A stretch of 64,000 nt of DNA. Source: a virus. Taxonomy: Duplodnaviria > Caudoviricetes. Made by a program: the position numbers and the translations under genes. The notes beneath the pieces are model-generated. The model was given only the letters and a program-made list of their open reading frames with translations, was not told the origin of the DNA and ran no database searches. The DNA lies in the IMG/VR virus record IMGVR_UViG_2974508059_000001, positions 32,001 to 96,000 of that record; one strand, written 5' to 3'. This document shows positions 1-9,740 of the stretch, piece after piece (positions within the stretch are counted from its first letter, which is position 1; each line of letters opens with the position of its first letter).

Positions 1-1652
1 ACCCAACGGGTTACGACTCGGAAGGTAACGACAAAGTTGAAGATGCCTATCAGATCATCGAAAAGATACTGCTGCTTGATCCGAACCTCTCCATGAACCC
101 GTTGGCGATGTCGGTGAAAGACGGTACTATGAAGATGAACCAGATACTGCAAGCGTATGTGCGTGGTAAGACGTCAGAGATTGACTCGCGTGTCTACACT
201 AATCAGGTTTGGGAAGGTTTCTTCAACGGTCTGCACAAACTGGCTTCACGTCTCAAGGAAGCGGGTGCCACCTCGCGTTCGCATCTGTATAACACGGATA
301 ACATCGCCGAAGCGGAGTACGGTTCACGTAAGCTGCAGCTGGTAGCCAACGTGCTCATGAACTTCAGCTACGACGACTGTGGTACCACAGAGGCACACGA
401 GTTCACCTTCACCGAGCTCGAACATCACAAGCAAGCGTTCAAAGCCATGAAAGGCATGCGCTATCGCTTTGAGAACGAGGGCGGGCCATGGCGTCGGTTT
501 GAACCTGAAGACTTTGAAAAGGTGAAAGACCGTCCGCTGTTGTTCCGCAGTGCGATGACGTGTAAGCATCTGGCCAAGCAAGGGCTCTGTGCGGGTTGTA
601 TGGGTGATCTCATCTTCAACCTGTCCGAAGACACCTCGCCGGGCCACCTTGCTTCGACCTCTATCTCAGAGAAGGGATCGCAGGGTATTCTCTCGACCAA
701 GCACTTAGACTTCCTGCGTGCGTTGCTGAAGTTAATTCTGACGCCACCGATGCAGCAGTATCTGGACAAGTTCGAGAAGGATTCCCAGAAAGGCTTGAAG
801 CTCAAGGGCAAACCGTTGAACGGTGCGTGGAGCGAATACGAGCTGGTGATTTCTGATAAGCTGTATTCTGAGCTGAGTCAGATTGCGTACCACGAGAACA
901 TGGACGATGTCGATGAAACGGCACTGCCGGAAATCAACGACCTCACGTTCCAGCGGTACGACAAAGAAGGCGAGCTGCAGTTTGAAGAGTCTGTGGATGC
1001 ACGTATGGGTGTGTGCGGTAACTTCTCGAAGGCGTTCTTACGTTTCTTCTTGAAGCATCGCGACAGCCTGCGTTTTGTGAAGAAGCTCGTTCACATTCCA
1101 CTGGCCCAGTGGCACACCGCTCAACCCTTGCTTATCTATACCAACCGTTCTGAATCCATGGCAGAGTTCGTAGCCGGTCTTGAGACCAAGCTGCGTTCTG
1201 TTGCTGCCGATAAGAACGACGAAGCCGATGATGTTATCAGCGTCGACAACTCGGTGAAGATGAACAAGAAAGGCAAGGTGAAAACCTTAACGCTGGTTGA
1301 AATGGGTGGCGCGACTGAACGCCAATGTACGTATGCGTTGTTTGATACCTTCCGTTACATCAGTCGTAAGCTTAACGGCGTCCCGATGTGTCACGTGGGT
1401 ATCATGTTAGCGGTCTCGCGTGTTGAATCCCCAACCGATTCTTTCCCGGCGGTGGGCTTTGACCGTGAAGAAGCTAACGAGGTGAGCGGCAAACGTTTCG
1501 TGGATCACAACACCCTCATCGGGATTCGTAGTGGTGCACCGATGTTGCTGTTCCAAGGTCAACAAGACTACCTCAATAACGTCGGCTTCTGGGTAAATGA
1601 GAAACGTCCTGCCAGTCTTTATGATGGGGCGTTTCCTACGCTACCTAAGTAA
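1..1652 (+). CDS. rpoC: Non-virion RNA polymerase beta' subunit, C-terminal half (phiKZ gp74-like); 5'-truncated by the window edge
   Basis: Frame is open from position 3, so the ORF starts upstream. DDCGT motif, zinc site RSAMTC..GLCAGCMG and trigger-loop-like GHLASTSISEKGSQGILSTKH. Followed by an SF2 helicase as in phiKZ gp74-gp75. Confidence 0.9.
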   Translation, partial: PTGYDSEGNDKVEDAYQIIEKILLLDPNLSMNPLAMSVKDGTMKMNQILQAYVRGKTSEIDSRVYTNQVWEGFFNGLHKLASRLKEAGATSRSHLYNTDNIAEAEYGSRKLQLVANVLMNFSYDDCGTTEAHEFTFTELEHHKQAFKAMKGMRYRFENEGGPWRRFEPEDFEKVKDRPLLFRSAMTCKHLAKQGLCAGCMGDLIFNLSEDTSPGHLASTSISEKGSQGILSTKHLDFLRALLKLILTPPMQQYLDKFEKDSQKGLKLKGKPLNGAWSEYELVISDKLYSELSQIAYHENMDDVDETALPEINDLTFQRYDKEGELQFEESVDARMGVCGNFSKAFLRFFLKHRDSLRFVKKLVHIPLAQWHTAQPLLIYTNRSESMAEFVAGLETKLRSVAADKNDEADDVISVDNSVKMNKKGKVKTLTLVEMGGATERQCTYALFDTFRYISRKLNGVPMCHVGIMLAVSRVESPTDSFPAVGFDREEANEVSGKRFVDHNTLIGIRSGAPMLLFQGQQDYLNNVGFWVNEKRPASLYDGAFPTLPK

Positions 1653-1658
1653 ATAGAG

Positions 1659-1684
1659 AGAGGGGCACCCGCCCCTCTTTTTTT
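1659..1684 (+). terminator. Rho-independent terminator
   Basis: AGAGGGGC-accc-GCCCCTCT followed by a T run, just after the stop codon. Confidence 0.75.
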
Positions 1685-1698
1685 CTCAGAGGGGCCTT

Positions 1699-3396
1699 AT
1701 GCGCTATACGATTCACATTACCCACACGAGCATGGGTATACGTGTGGAGGTGCCTGTCCGCCAGATGGAAGTGGCGATACTGGACTGGGCACAGGCGAAT
1801 CTGCACGCCCCGAAGATGGGCAAAGACCATGGAAGGATAGTGACGGAGAAAGGGGATGGCTTTTATGTCCACATGCCAACCATCCACACCTTTATCTTTC
1901 ACAAAACATTCTTGAATCGCATTCAGTCCATCCTCAATCACGTGGGTGTAGAGTATAAGGTTGACTACGAAATCCGGGAACATCATTACCCCCGCGCAGA
2001 ACCGTATCGGTGTGAATTCGCCAACTACGGTTTTGAGATGGTGGTAACGGATGAGACCTCACGTTTCTTTTACCAGAACGAAGTGGTGGAGACAGCCTGT
2101 TCAGACGGGCAGGAACAAACCATCTTCGCGATACAGACCGGAAGGGGCAAGACCAAAACCTTCCAGAAAGTCATGGTGAGAAAAGGTGTCAGGACAGCGT
2201 TGATACACCGAGCCTCTTACGTTGATAAGTGGAAGTTTGACTGTAGCGAAGACCCCACCGGTCTGCAAGAGCCCGCAGAAGGCGTGCACGTTTGTAAAGG
2301 AGTTGAAGGGATATACGAAGCCTACCAGATGGGCCTCAACGGGGAACTGGATGCGAAGGGGATAAAGATAATCATCTTCTCAACCACCTCACTCATGATG
2401 TTCTTGAAAGAGTACATCAATACCGCCCACTCCAACGCCGTGTGCTTAGAGAAGTTCTACGACGTGATGGGTGTCGGGCTGGTTGGGTGTGATGAGGTGC
2501 ACGAACATTTCTATCTGGTGTATCTGGCCGGGATCATGCTGAACCCGCCGGCAACCGTCGAGATGTCCGCAACCTTAACCCCGGGTGCCAGCAAGCAGTT
2601 TATTGGTGAACGCTACTTAGAGCGCTTCCCGATGAATTGTCGTGTGTCGGTGCCGTTTATCCCGGTTGTTGATGTGCGTGCTTTGTACTACAGCATCGAG
2701 AACAAGAAGCTTGTGACATACGGATCGAAGATGACCCCGTATAACCACAAGATGCTTGAGAAGGCGTTTGTTAAGTATAATGCACACGAGTCGTTCGCCG
2801 AGATGGTGTGGGACTTGATGGTTAAAACCTACCTCAAGAACTATGAGGTGGGTCAGAAGGCACTGGTGTTCTTTGCCACTGTTGACATGTGTGCGTTCTT
2901 TACTGAATTCTTGCAACGTAAGCTCGCGGCAACCGAGTGGGACTACTTGCAGGTGTTCAAGTATAATGCGGGGGATTCGTATGATGACTTCATCGCAGCC
3001 GATATCGGAGTGTCGACGCCGGGTAAAGCCGGTACCGCTATCGATATCCCGGGATTAATGCACGCGTACGTGACTATCCCAATTGATGACCAGCAGCTCA
3101 ACGAGCAGATTGCCGGTCGTCCACGCGCAACAACACGCTGGCCGATTGACCCGCGTGTCTGGTTCCTGCACTGCAATGATATCCCTAAACACGGGACGTA
3201 CCTGAGCTCACGCAAGAAGTCGTTGGGTGAGAAAGTCAAGTCGTTCCAAATCGCATTTTCGCCCTACGTTATCAGGAGCAGCAATGCTAGTACCTCCTAC
3301 TCCTTCGCTTCCCAAACCCCCGTACGCCGGATTGAACTTAGCAAGTTTTCTCCAAAACGTTCTAAGGGCGTATCCCGGCGCAGAAGACGTCGCTAA
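1699..3396 (+). CDS. SF2 (DExH) helicase, phiKZ gp75-like
   Basis: Walker A QTGRGKT, DEVH, motif III SAT, motif VI QIAGRPR. Confidence 0.9.
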   Translation: MRYTIHITHTSMGIRVEVPVRQMEVAILDWAQANLHAPKMGKDHGRIVTEKGDGFYVHMPTIHTFIFHKTFLNRIQSILNHVGVEYKVDYEIREHHYPRAEPYRCEFANYGFEMVVTDETSRFFYQNEVVETACSDGQEQTIFAIQTGRGKTKTFQKVMVRKGVRTALIHRASYVDKWKFDCSEDPTGLQEPAEGVHVCKGVEGIYEAYQMGLNGELDAKGIKIIIFSTTSLMMFLKEYINTAHSNAVCLEKFYDVMGVGLVGCDEVHEHFYLVYLAGIMLNPPATVEMSATLTPGASKQFIGERYLERFPMNCRVSVPFIPVVDVRALYYSIENKKLVTYGSKMTPYNHKMLEKAFVKYNAHESFAEMVWDLMVKTYLKNYEVGQKALVFFATVDMCAFFTEFLQRKLAATEWDYLQVFKYNAGDSYDDFIAADIGVSTPGKAGTAIDIPGLMHAYVTIPIDDQQLNEQIAGRPRATTRWPIDPRVWFLHCNDIPKHGTYLSSRKKSLGEKVKSFQIAFSPYVIRSSNASTSYSFASQTPVRRIELSKFSPKRSKGVSRRRRRR

Positions 3397-3664
3397 AGCA
3401 TTATGCACCGATCCGGTGATTGGCCCGGCGTTTCATTACTACATGGTGATGGAACACAAAGCCGGGCTGATGATTCAGCAACGGGGCAAGACGTACTACG
3501 TAACGCGCCAGTCCTCCATTCGGGGGACGGCGTCTTACGAGCTGTATAGCTTTGTGATGTACCGTAACGATCCATCAGGTAATGTGGATCAGAACCCAAA
3601 GGTGGCCTATCGTTTGTACGACAACGAATGGAACACGTGGGTAACGGTACCGCACGATATTTAA
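3284..3664 (+). CDS. Hypothetical protein (126 aa), overlapping the helicase 3' end by 113 nt
   Basis: AGGAG at 3274-3278 before ATG 3284; fills the gap up to the next gene. Confidence 0.6.
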   Translation: MLVPPTPSLPKPPYAGLNLASFLQNVLRAYPGAEDVAKALCTDPVIGPAFHYYMVMEHKAGLMIQQRGKTYYVTRQSSIRGTASYELYSFVMYRNDPSGNVDQNPKVAYRLYDNEWNTWVTVPHDI

Positions 3665-3723
3665 TAAAAACGTTACGGGTATATGGTGTGTAAACCACAC
3701 AACCCCTCGGTAAGGAATTAACA

Positions 3724-4326
3724 ATGTCACAGCGCAAAAAGAAACCCGCTTATAATCCACGTAAACTTGCACGTGAGCGTTTAGAGAAGCTGATGGCGAG
3801 CATCTTCTACGTTCAGGATATGTTCACCGCCGAGTCGGGTAAAATCGCAAAACGTTTGGATATGGACTTAGCCGAAATCACCGGCACCACCGAACTGGAT
3901 GCGTATAAGCGTGAACAGACTGAGCGTTCGAAAGCCGCCTACATCGGCCTTATCAGTCAGGTCAGTAAAGACCTGTCAGCCGTCATCGTCGCTGCCGACA
4001 ATGCTGCGGGTCAGGTTGTTGCTGACTTGAAAGTGCGTCCGTGGAAAGAGATGAAGGATGCGGCGTTTATCGCTGAATTGGCATTGGAGCACCACTCCAC
4101 GGAAGCTGCAATCGCCGGTCAGAAATACACCGGTCTGATTCTGGAAATCATGCAGGACTACTTCCGCAACATCGAATTCGTCTGCCGTGAAGTCAAAGCG
4201 GGCCGTTCGGTTGAAGATGCGAAGAAGACCCTGACTGAAAATATCGCGAAAGAAGCAGAAGTTGCTGCGGCAGCCGCTGCTGAAGTTGCGTCTGCTGAAA
4301 AGGAAACTGTCGATGTCGCAGAATGA
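3724..4326 (+). CDS. Hypothetical helical protein with basic N-terminus
   Basis: TAAGGA SD, 200 aa ORF, typical codon usage. Confidence 0.8.
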   Translation: MSQRKKKPAYNPRKLARERLEKLMASIFYVQDMFTAESGKIAKRLDMDLAEITGTTELDAYKREQTERSKAAYIGLISQVSKDLSAVIVAADNAAGQVVADLKVRPWKEMKDAAFIAELALEHHSTEAAIAGQKYTGLILEIMQDYFRNIEFVCREVKAGRSVEDAKKTLTENIAKEAEVAAAAAAEVASAEKETVDVAE

Positions 4327-6331
4327 AGGGCGTCCGGGCTCCGGTCGCGTTGCGCCGTCAGAGAGCAATGATACTGCTCAACTGATGGCCATCATGGAAG
4401 CTAACCCGTCTCTGGGCATTGCTCAGGCCCGGGTGTTGCTTGACGAACAACGTGGGCTCGCTAAGCTGGAAGAGCAAGAGAACGCTCAGCCAGTAGTCGC
4501 CCCTCCTCAACCTACTGTGCGTGAAGATATCGCTCCGGCAAACATCACACACCAACACGTTCACGTGGAGCCGCCTGAACCACTGCAAGCTGCTCCGCTG
4601 GACGTGAAGCCGCAGGAACAAGCGGTGCAGCCGCTTCATCCCCCTATTCGCTCTACAGCGTTTATGGATGCGGCGGTGGCCGCCGCTGCGCCTGCTGCCC
4701 CTTCTTTTTTGCCTCCGGAAGAGCCACAGCCTGCCCCTGAGCCGTTGACTGCCCAACCGGTAGCCCAACCTGCTCAGACCGCAGAGCCACTCTTGCCAGA
4801 GCAGGAAGAAGAACGTGTGCCGGATTATCAAAAAGCGGGTAAGCCGACCATCCGTCTGGGCAAGTCACTGGCCACCAGTGAAATCAACGCTATCGATTCT
4901 GAAGACCAAGAACTCCTGCTACTCGGCATGGGTGATCTGGTGGGGCCGATGCAATCCCTGCCGGAAATGCAAAAGCACGTGAATCAGTTCTTCTCAAGTT
5001 TGGAACGTGACCCGCGCACCAATGCGCCACTGTTCCGTTCTGAGGAAGAAGAAAGCACGTTCTCACGCCTGCAAGCGGCACTGGCAAATACCCCGCCGAC
5101 TGCCCCGGGTACGCGTAGCGCCAGCTTCGACATGGCAATGGGTCGTGAAGACACGGTGTGGAACCAAGGCATTCAGCCTGACGGTCAACCGTACCGTGGT
5201 GTGGTCAGTGTGAACACCGGCGGTAAAGGTGCTATCGCTGCACTGCGCCGTAAACGTAAGTCAGGTTCGCCGTCTACGGTCTTCCTGCCTGCGTCCGGTT
5301 TCTGCATTAGCTTCCGTGCCCCACACGAACGTGACTTCTGTGACTTCGATATTCGCATGGCGCTGGAAACCGCGAAAGTGGGCATGAGTTCCTACGGGTT
5401 GCTGATGTCTGCCTCGTCCGGTATCTACGTGCGTAACATCGTTGAGTTCTGTCTGCTGTTTGTTGAAGGCTGTTCACTGGAACTCGGCGGGGATGACCTG
5501 AAGACCACCCTTATCGATCGTATCGATAAAGATGACTACTGGTTCATTATCGTCGGCATGTTGGCGGCGAAATTCCCATCGGGTATTCCGTGGGGCTTAA
5601 GCTGCCTGAACCCGGCGTGTGACCACGTGCAGGAAGGGCGTCTGAATCTGGCCCGTGCGATTCGCATGGGAACCAGCTTACTGGCTGATGAGCAGCGCCA
5701 GCTGTATTACCGTCAGCGCAGTGAAGATGCCTCTGAAAACACCATCACGTACGAAGAGCAAACGCAGTACCGCCAGCAGCACAAGTCGGTGGCCGCGTCT
5801 ATCTTTGAGAAAGACGGTGTGACGATTGAGTTCGGTCGTTCTTCGCTGGGTGACTTCTTTGATGTTACCGAAGAGTGGGCGGATGAAATCAACGAAACCA
5901 CTACGCGGGCGTTGACTGACTATGCCACCGAAAAAGACCGTGAGACCCATCTGCGTGTGAACGCGGAGTCTCGTCGTCTGACGCGTTACCTGCACATGGT
6001 GAAATCCATTTCGATTGATGAAGGCGAAGGTCGGGTGTCGAAAGCCACCAACCGGGCTGAAATCAAAACCATGCTGGCAGAGATGTCGTCTGACCGTCTG
6101 TACGTGACCGAGTTCGAAGCGGCGGTAACGAAGTTCACCGAGATGTCTCGCTTGGCGGTGTTTGGCTACATGGGCAAGAAGTGTCCACAGTGCCAGCATT
6201 CGCAGGGTGAGGCCGACGGTGACTTCCGCGGTATCGTGACCATCTCACCGGACAGGGTTTTTTTCGCGCTATCTCGTGCGGTGTCCGCAATGCAGAGGCT
6301 TTGGCTCAGTCAATACGCCGATATTGGCTAG
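4313..6331 (+). CDS. T4 gp26-like baseplate-hub/tail assembly chaperone with Pro-rich N-terminal extension (probable phiKZ gp77-like)
   Basis: AAGGA SD before ATG 4313. LPASGFCISFRAP, DYWFIIVGMLAA..CLNPAC..RLNL, CPQC and near-terminal DRVFF resemble gp26-family motifs. Family call made by eye. Confidence 0.6.
   Translation: MSQNEGRPGSGRVAPSESNDTAQLMAIMEANPSLGIAQARVLLDEQRGLAKLEEQENAQPVVAPPQPTVREDIAPANITHQHVHVEPPEPLQAAPLDVKPQEQAVQPLHPPIRSTAFMDAAVAAAAPAAPSFLPPEEPQPAPEPLTAQPVAQPAQTAEPLLPEQEEERVPDYQKAGKPTIRLGKSLATSEINAIDSEDQELLLLGMGDLVGPMQSLPEMQKHVNQFFSSLERDPRTNAPLFRSEEEESTFSRLQAALANTPPTAPGTRSASFDMAMGREDTVWNQGIQPDGQPYRGVVSVNTGGKGAIAALRRKRKSGSPSTVFLPASGFCISFRAPHERDFCDFDIRMALETAKVGMSSYGLLMSASSGIYVRNIVEFCLLFVEGCSLELGGDDLKTTLIDRIDKDDYWFIIVGMLAAKFPSGIPWGLSCLNPACDHVQEGRLNLARAIRMGTSLLADEQRQLYYRQRSEDASENTITYEEQTQYRQQHKSVAASIFEKDGVTIEFGRSSLGDFFDVTEEWADEINETTTRALTDYATEKDRETHLRVNAESRRLTRYLHMVKSISIDEGEGRVSKATNRAEIKTMLAEMSSDRLYVTEFEAAVTKFTEMSRLAVFGYMGKKCPQCQHSQGEADGDFRGIVTISPDRVFFALSRAVSAMQRLWLSQYADIG
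6256..6297 (+). other. Putative programmed -1 ribosomal frameshift site (T TTT TTC) with downstream hairpin
   Basis: In-frame gtT TTT TTC at 6259-6265; TGCGG-tgt-CCGCA stem at 6277-6289. Confidence 0.6.
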
Positions 6332-6744
6332 ACAGCGAGCACGTTTCAACCGAGACCATCATCACGACCTTAAAGCTTGATGCCACGTCACTCTTTAAAA
6401 GTCGTAAAGGCAAACCCATCACGTATCAGGAAGCACACGACACGTTGTTGGGGGCGTTCGACGATGCCATTGAACATGACACCGGGCCAAACTCGGTGTT
6501 CTTCTCTGACTTCGACGACCCGCTGACCGGTTCTCTGTTGGACATCTGGTTGGACACGTACATCCGTGAGCGAATCGGTGAACGGTTCAACCTGTCGTTT
6601 GATGAATTCCTTGACCGTCCCCGTTATGAAATCATGCGCATGATAAGTGTCGTTGGGCGTTATAACGCGGTGGTCAATCGGGAAATCAACAAAGCAGGGA
6701 AAGATGTTGACTCGTTGGAACAACAGTTGCACGGGAAAACGTAG
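6265..6744 (+). CDS. gp51/gpT-like ORF, probably expressed as a -1 frameshift extension of 4313..6331 (ORF track start TTG 6301)
   Basis: -1 frame is open from 6223 to 6744; no well-spaced SD or early ATG; FNLSFDEFLDRPRYE motif; followed by a terminator. Confidence 0.65.
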   Translation, partial: RAISCGVRNAEALAQSIRRYWLDSEHVSTETIITTLKLDATSLFKSRKGKPITYQEAHDTLLGAFDDAIEHDTGPNSVFFSDFDDPLTGSLLDIWLDTYIRERIGERFNLSFDEFLDRPRYEIMRMISVVGRYNAVVNREINKAGKDVDSLEQQLHGKT

Positions 6745-6750
6745 CATCGT

Positions 6751-6777
6751 GGGGGCTTCGGCCCCCTTTCTTTTTTT
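6751..6777 (+). terminator. Rho-independent terminator (UUCG loop)
   Basis: GGGGGC-ttcg-GCCCCC then T-rich run. Confidence 0.9.
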
Positions 6778-6816
6778 GTCAGGGCGATGTTATGAACCCT
6801 TTGAAGGACACACACC

Positions 6817-7662
6817 ATGAATATCTACGACGATGTCGCTGACCAGCTCATCGCCCATCGGCATGAGACCCGCGCCGCGGCAATGTTAGACCTGACCACT
6901 ATCTTGATTGACAACGGCTATGAGCCGGCGTTGACTGAGATTTACCATCAGCCGATTCCTGACCCTAACGAAGAAACCGTTCGTTACGAAGAGATTATCA
7001 TTCGCTGTGCTAAAAACTTTGGGTCGAAATGCGGCATCGCGTTTAACCCACAGGTAGCATGGCACAAACCCAAAGAGACGGGGTTGATTCTCCATGGTCT
7101 CTTGGAAGGCTTTGAGGCCAACGAAGATGTGGACACCCTGTACGGTATCGTGCTCTCGGGTGAGCCGCCTATCTTTGTACTGGAAAACCTGATTCGCTAC
7201 GTCTTCGGTGATGACAACCTGCATGTTGAGGATTTAATCATCAACGTCGAGAACCGGGTGATGACGGTACTTCAAAACTTCCTCTCTGCGGCGACCATTG
7301 AGAAGAACAATCTCAACACCAACGATCGCATGGCACACATCGCAGCCTACCTGCGCTACTACCCGCAGAACCCCAGTGCATGGGTCTTTATGAACCTGCC
7401 ACCGGAAGTCGAGGAGAAAGTCCTTATTCAGCAGCTTGACTTCGGGGAAGACAACGGGGTAAGTGCCCTGGAATTACTGGCCATCTACAGCGTGGGCTTG
7501 TGTGTTGCCCAGTGTGATGATTTTGACAGCGCTTACACGCAGCTGGAGAAGTCTTTTGAAGCATTGAATACAGATGGGTACCCTGCGACCCCAACGCTTC
7601 AGGAAGGCTTACAGGCGCTTAAAACCATATACGGGGTAACAGTGGAACATGAACAAGCTTGA
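6817..7662 (+). CDS. Conserved jumbo-phage protein, probable virion protein (phiKZ gp79-like position)
   Basis: 281 aa ORF with AAGGA SD, directly upstream of the virion RNAP subunit. Confidence 0.7.
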   Translation: MNIYDDVADQLIAHRHETRAAAMLDLTTILIDNGYEPALTEIYHQPIPDPNEETVRYEEIIIRCAKNFGSKCGIAFNPQVAWHKPKETGLILHGLLEGFEANEDVDTLYGIVLSGEPPIFVLENLIRYVFGDDNLHVEDLIINVENRVMTVLQNFLSAATIEKNNLNTNDRMAHIAAYLRYYPQNPSAWVFMNLPPEVEEKVLIQQLDFGEDNGVSALELLAIYSVGLCVAQCDDFDSAYTQLEKSFEALNTDGYPATPTLQEGLQALKTIYGVTVEHEQA

Positions 7663-8953
7663 TTACCTGATTGCCGCCTGTAAAAGTGGGGCGTGGCGCA
7701 GACTGGTCTGGCGGTTGAGTATCTTCAACGTCTGCCAGTTTCCGGCCAATGAAGTACCCGAGCAGTATGACCTGAATTACATCGACGGCTACCCGCATTA
7801 CTGGGAAGCGGCGGATGAAGACAGCCCGGGCGAGTGGATTAAAATCGAGGGAGCGGATAAGGACAAGGAGTTGTTCTACGCAGAAGACCGCTTCACCCTG
7901 ATACCTGACCACTATCCGGGTTTCGAAGGGAAAGTTGAGACGGGTGTGGGACGCTACGTCTTTAACTGGATTGTCATCTATTACGCCTTTGGGACACGCA
8001 TGCCGTATCTGGCTGATGCGCCGACGGCAATGGTTTACCAGTCAGAGATTTACAAACGCTGTCTGGACACCGAAGATGAAGACCCAGAGAACGAAGAGGC
8101 GATTCGTCCGAGCATGGTTGGGAAGTTTATTCAGGGCTTGAGCGAGATTGCCCCGATGACCATTGCCATTGCCCCGACCGGTACGCTGCGTTCGCTCTCG
8201 GTTCACCCTGACACGTACAAAATGCGTGATGCGCTCCTGCTCAAGCACAAAGACGAGCTGGATAACCCGGCGGTTATCGTTGAGATTGAGAAGGCGCTGG
8301 ATGCACTGGATACCGAGTGGTTATCCGGTGACCAATCCATTCAGTTCTACGCCTCCAAGAAATCGCGTATGCGTCGCCGTAAACTGTTCCTGATGTACGG
8401 CATCGAAACCGCCTTTAAAGAAGGTGCGGACTTTACCCTGATTCCAACTTCCCTGATGGAAGTGGATAAAACGGGTATGGAGTATCTGGTTGACAAGTAC
8501 AACTCGACGCGTGAAGGCTCGTTCATGCGCGGTGCAGAAACCGCCAAAGGTGGTGAACAGGTACGTATCATCCAGATGATTTTCCAGAACCACCGTATCG
8601 TCGAAGGTGACTGCGGGACGAAGTTAACCCACGCGGTTCAAATCACACCGGCCAACCAATTCATGTACGTCGGCATGAACTCCGTGGAGAACGGCAAGTA
8701 CGTGCTCCTGAGTAAAGACGCACTGAAAGGCATGATCGGTAAAACTGTTCGTATTCGTCGACCTATTTTATGCCAACGGGGGCACGTGGACTGCTGCGCG
8801 GCTTGTGCGTCTCCTGACAAAGCAAAAGAAGAACGCGCGATTGCCGCCGATATTGCAACCGGGATGTCCAACATCATGTTGAACGCCATGGGTGCGATGC
8901 ACGGCCGTGAAACCGTCGTTGAAGAATACGATCCCCTAATCCACATTACGTAA
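7649..8953 (+). CDS. rpoC: Virion RNA polymerase beta' subunit, C-terminal part (phiKZ gp80-like)
   Basis: Bridge-helix-like REGSFMRGAETAKGG, GDCGT, RRPILC..CCAAC zinc site, NAMGAMH. Confidence 0.88.
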   Translation: MNKLDYLIAACKSGAWRRLVWRLSIFNVCQFPANEVPEQYDLNYIDGYPHYWEAADEDSPGEWIKIEGADKDKELFYAEDRFTLIPDHYPGFEGKVETGVGRYVFNWIVIYYAFGTRMPYLADAPTAMVYQSEIYKRCLDTEDEDPENEEAIRPSMVGKFIQGLSEIAPMTIAIAPTGTLRSLSVHPDTYKMRDALLLKHKDELDNPAVIVEIEKALDALDTEWLSGDQSIQFYASKKSRMRRRKLFLMYGIETAFKEGADFTLIPTSLMEVDKTGMEYLVDKYNSTREGSFMRGAETAKGGEQVRIIQMIFQNHRIVEGDCGTKLTHAVQITPANQFMYVGMNSVENGKYVLLSKDALKGMIGKTVRIRRPILCQRGHVDCCAACASPDKAKEERAIAADIATGMSNIMLNAMGAMHGRETVVEEYDPLIHIT

Positions 8954-8963
8954 GGACTGAATC

Positions 8964-9485
8964 ATGGGTTCTGCTACCAACGATACCAATACCAACGCTG
9001 TACGCGTTGATACACCAAAGCGCGACAACGATGTTGTCTCCACTGCGGGTTATACGCAGGATGAAAAGTACGCAGTGAAGTTAATCACTGAGCTGTTGGA
9101 TGAAGCCGGCAAAGCCACTGCGCCGGGCAAACCAACCGGTACGCAGGAAGAGAAGCAAGCTATCGCCAAAGTGCAACAGGCGTGGCGTAAGCTGTGGGAA
9201 CTGCGCGGTGATGCGTTTATGGACGCCTTCGGTGTGTTTGTGACCTCGGCCACGAAATACAGCAAAGGTCTGTTCAGCCTGACCACCATTAACCGCTTTA
9301 TGGAAAGCTTCCCGGACCAGTCTGAGCGTGAAGTGTACCTTATCTTCATTAACAACGTGGCCCGGTTTGCGAAGTCCCAGAACAAAGCGGATTACGGTCA
9401 GCGTAACAACATCGACCGCCTGATTCGCCGTCTGGTGGATAATGACCTGAAGCAGTTGGTTGCCCACGCCTTCAACGTCATTTAA
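8964..9485 (+). CDS. Hypothetical protein
   Basis: TAAGGA SD; 173 aa; ends at a terminator. Confidence 0.8.
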   Translation: MGSATNDTNTNAVRVDTPKRDNDVVSTAGYTQDEKYAVKLITELLDEAGKATAPGKPTGTQEEKQAIAKVQQAWRKLWELRGDAFMDAFGVFVTSATKYSKGLFSLTTINRFMESFPDQSEREVYLIFINNVARFAKSQNKADYGQRNNIDRLIRRLVDNDLKQLVAHAFNVI

Positions 9486-9529
9486 AAAGTAAAGGCCCTA
9501 CTACTCGAAGGAGTAGTAGGGTTTCTTTT
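9486..9529. terminator. Bidirectional terminator between convergent genes
   Basis: CCCTACTACTC-gaag-GAGTAGTAGGG flanked by A-rich and T-rich runs. Confidence 0.85.
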
Positions 9530-9728
9530 ATTTGCGGCTTAGTCGTCCGATGAGGAACGCTGCGGTAAGTTGGACTTCTTGGCTCGGGCCCGTCTCCTCC
9601 TCTTCCTCGCAGACCTCTCTTCGCGTCTCTTCTCGCACATGCGTGCTAGGTCGTGATGGGGTACGCCGCGCCAATTGCGGATTAATTGTCTGAGCCAAGC
9701 CCAGCGTGGTTTCAAAGATAGCAAACAT
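9528..9728 (-). CDS. Small hypothetical protein (66 aa)
   Basis: GGAGGAG SD before ATG 9728 on the minus strand; directly downstream of the polymerase gene; ends at the terminator. Confidence 0.6.
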   Translation of the reverse strand: MFAIFETTLGLAQTINPQLARRTPSRPSTHVREETRREVCEEEEETGPSQEVQLTAAFLIGRLSRK

Positions 9729-9740
9729 ATCTCCTCCCGA

